29,008 nt of DNA from Macrostomum lignano (Eukaryota): the NCBI GenBank assembly GCA_002269645.1, contig NIVC01003502.1:1-29008 (forward strand). The letters are read 5' to 3'. The position numbers were made by a program, and so were the translations under genes. This document shows, one piece after another, positions 26,704-29,008 of this stretch. Below the pieces are notes generated by a model. The model was not told the origin of the DNA and made no database searches. It was given only the letters and a program-made list of their open reading frames with translations. Within the stretch, counting starts at the first letter, position 1; every line of letters begins with the position of its first letter.

Positions 26704-27722
26704 TATCTTTTATGTTTGACATGGTGGCTCTTTTATGTTTGACATGGTGGCTCTTTTATGTTTGACATAGTGGCTCTTTAGTGTTTGACATGATGGCTCT
26801 TTAATGTTCGACATGGTGGCTCTTTAATGTTTGACATGGTGGCTCTTTAATGTTCGACATGGTGGCTCTTTAATGTTAGACATGGTGGCTCTTTAATTTT
26901 TGACATGGTGGCTATTTAATGTTTGACATGGAGTCACATATATGTTGGACATGGTGGCTCTTTTATGATTGACATGGTGGCTCTTTAATGTTTGACCTGG
27001 TGGCACCTCAATGTAATGATGGCTCTTTAATGTTTGAAATGGTGGCTCTTTAATGTTCGACATGGTGGCTCTATAATCTTCGACATGGTGGCTCTTTAAT
27101 GCTCGACATGGTGGTCCTTTTATGCTTCACATGGTGGCTCTTAAATGTTTGACATGTTGGTCCTTTTATGTTTGACATGGTGGCTCTTTAATGTTTGACA
27201 TGGTGGCTCTTTTATGTTTGACATAATGGCTCTTTAATGTTCTACATGGTGGCTTTTTTATTTTTGACATGGTGGCTCTTTTTTAATGTTTGGCATGGTG
27301 GCTCTTTAATGTTCGACATGGTGGCTCTTTAATGTTAGACATGGTGGCTCTTTAATTTTTGACATGGTGGCTATTTAATGTTTGACATGGAGTCACATAT
27401 ATGTTGGACATGGTGGCTCTTTTATGATTGACATGGTGGCTCTTTAATGTTTGACCTGGTGGCACCTCAATGTAATGATGGCTCTTTAATGTTTGAAATG
27501 GTGGCTCTTTAATGTTCGACATGGTGGCTCTATAATCTTCGACATGGTGGCTCTTTAATGTTCGATATGGTGGTCCTTTTATGCTTGACATTGTGGCTCT
27601 TTAATGTTTGACATGTTGGTCCTATTATGTTTGACATGGTGGCTCTTTAATGTTTGGCATGGTGGCTCTTTAATGTTTGACATGGTGGCTCTTTAATGTT
27701 AGACATGGTGGCTCTTTAATTT
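26704..27722. repeat. 23-bp satellite array (about 44 monomers), second Helitron
   Basis: Same unit as 23093-25770. Confidence 0.97.
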
Positions 27723-28841
27723 TTAACGTTTGTTAAACGTTTTGTTAAACGTTTTTGACGTTTGTAACGCAAGAATTTTTTGTATTTTTTCGCGAATAAA
27801 CTTGAAAAGTACAAAGTTAAAACTTATGAACATGGCATTAAAAGTACAACCGATATGTCACGTATACATAGCGTGTGCAATGGCTGCATGTGACCAGATG
27901 AGTTCCTTTAATACTCTACGTTAGTCTATAGTCGCAGCCCTCGGATTCGCTCATTCCTGCCCTCAAATCCATAGTCAGAACAATCAGTTCGGCTCTATTT
28001 CCTTAGCCTTTGCGCTTTGCCACAGACTATTCATATTTGTTTCGCCAAAGATTAAGAAATGAAGTAAGACAAAAGCTTCATTCAGGGCCTTCGCCTTAGT
28101 TAAAATTGACATCTTGCGAGTTTCGTATATTATTCAACTTTCAATATATGGAAGACGAAGGCCCCGTCGCAAGTTGATGCAAATCGTTTTTTATGAGCTT
28201 ACAGTCCACAGTTGTCACAGGTGACTTGATCGAGATATTTTTGATTTTTGAAAAAAGGACTGTCACTCGTAGTTTGCGTAAAAATCCATATACTAAAATT
28301 CACTCTAATGTTAAGTTTTGCGAACCTTGGAAAACTAAAAACAAAATTGTTTCGTCTTTTGCATAAATTTGCGATATAAAATAAGTAAAGTTTTTACACG
28401 AATTATAATGAAATTTCAGGTGAAAAATAAAAGACAAAATTAACTGCTCATCAAAGATTGAATTCATTAAAAGCAGTGCAAAAGAAGGTTTGTTTCAAAA
28501 GTTACTTTCGGCTAATATGAAATTGCCTTAAAATACAAATTAACTGTAAAGTGCAAATTGACTGTAAAAATTAATACAATGAATAAAATAAGCCTAATTG
28601 AGCTTCAACATAAAGTTCATCAGCTATTAGCTCGTACTCACTGCATGCAATATCTACGCTTCGTTAGAAATGAGGTTGGGGCAATAAGTTTCCTGCGATT
28701 TTTTAGGAATGAGAGCTATTGACAGCTATTGCTTTAGAGAATGAGAGCTATTACTTAAGAGATATGGGGAAATTATTATTCTATTTTCCTTAAAAAAAAA
28801 TGAATATACTTTCTAGCCTTTTGCATAAGGAAAATTATTGC

Positions 28842-29006
28842 TCACCCCTCATTTTTTACGATAAATAAATTAGTCTTCATGAGAACTTCTGGAAACACAA
28901 CGTTTCTGGTCCTTGTTCCCGGAATCCGGACGCGAACATTTGCCGCGTTCTTTGCTCGTGACAGCGCCGTGTACAGCTGGCCATGCGTGAAGCAACCGAC
29001 TGACAG
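28842..29006 (-). CDS. C-terminal 54 aa of a Helitron RepHel protein (Pif1-family SF1B helicase motif VI); 5' partial
   Basis: My translation: LSVGCFTHGQLYTALSRAKNAANVRVRIPGTRTRNVVFPEVLMKTNLFIVKNEG*. This matches the FSHGQLYVALSR...T.NIVY.EVL ending typical of Helitron helicases. Not in the supplied ORF track. Confidence 0.9.
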   Translation of the reverse strand: MSVGCFTHGQLYTALSRAKNAANVRVRIPGTRTRNVVFPEVLMKTNLFIVKNEG

Positions 29007-29008
29007 GT

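Larger units (their letters stand above)
26362..29008 (-). mobile_element. 3' part of a RepHel-coding (autonomous-type) Helitron; runs off the window
   Basis: Same hairpin+CTAG terminus (26362-26389) and about 350-bp subterminal segment as the 22735 copy; helicase C-terminus at 28842-29006 on the same strand. Confidence 0.85.

Noticed and set aside
28285-28298. Plus-strand Helitron 5' end (A|TCCATATACTAAAA)
   Set aside because: Similarity to TCCTATATACTAAAA is short, AT-rich and does not extend.

Overview
Eukaryotic (metazoan) genomic DNA; roughly half of the window is micro- or minisatellite (more than a dozen unrelated arrays). Two intact host genes are readable: (1) an intronless class A neuropeptide-type GPCR on the minus strand (6065-7543) whose DRY and NPxxY switches are both replaced; (2) a 3-exon, 209-aa gene on the plus strand (20640-22170) fusing two EF-hands to a dynein-light-chain-like domain, the tegumental-allergen-like (TAL) architecture of flatworms. 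That gene, the GC-rich codons and the satellite load suggest a flatworm such as Macrostomum (inference only). The right-hand 6.3 kb is a Helitron complex on the minus strand. The Pif1-type helicase C-terminus of a RepHel protein (missed by the ORF track) enters at the window edge. Its element ends in hairpin+CTAG and is joined head-to-tail (CTAG|TC) to a 3.6-kb non-coding relative. Both carry the same 23-bp and 18-bp satellite arrays, and the pair sits at an A|T site inside a tRNA-derived SINE whose intact, inverted sibling lies in TAL intron 1. Most long ORFs in the track are repeat artefacts. All alignments were done by eye; no database search was run, so novelty is not established.
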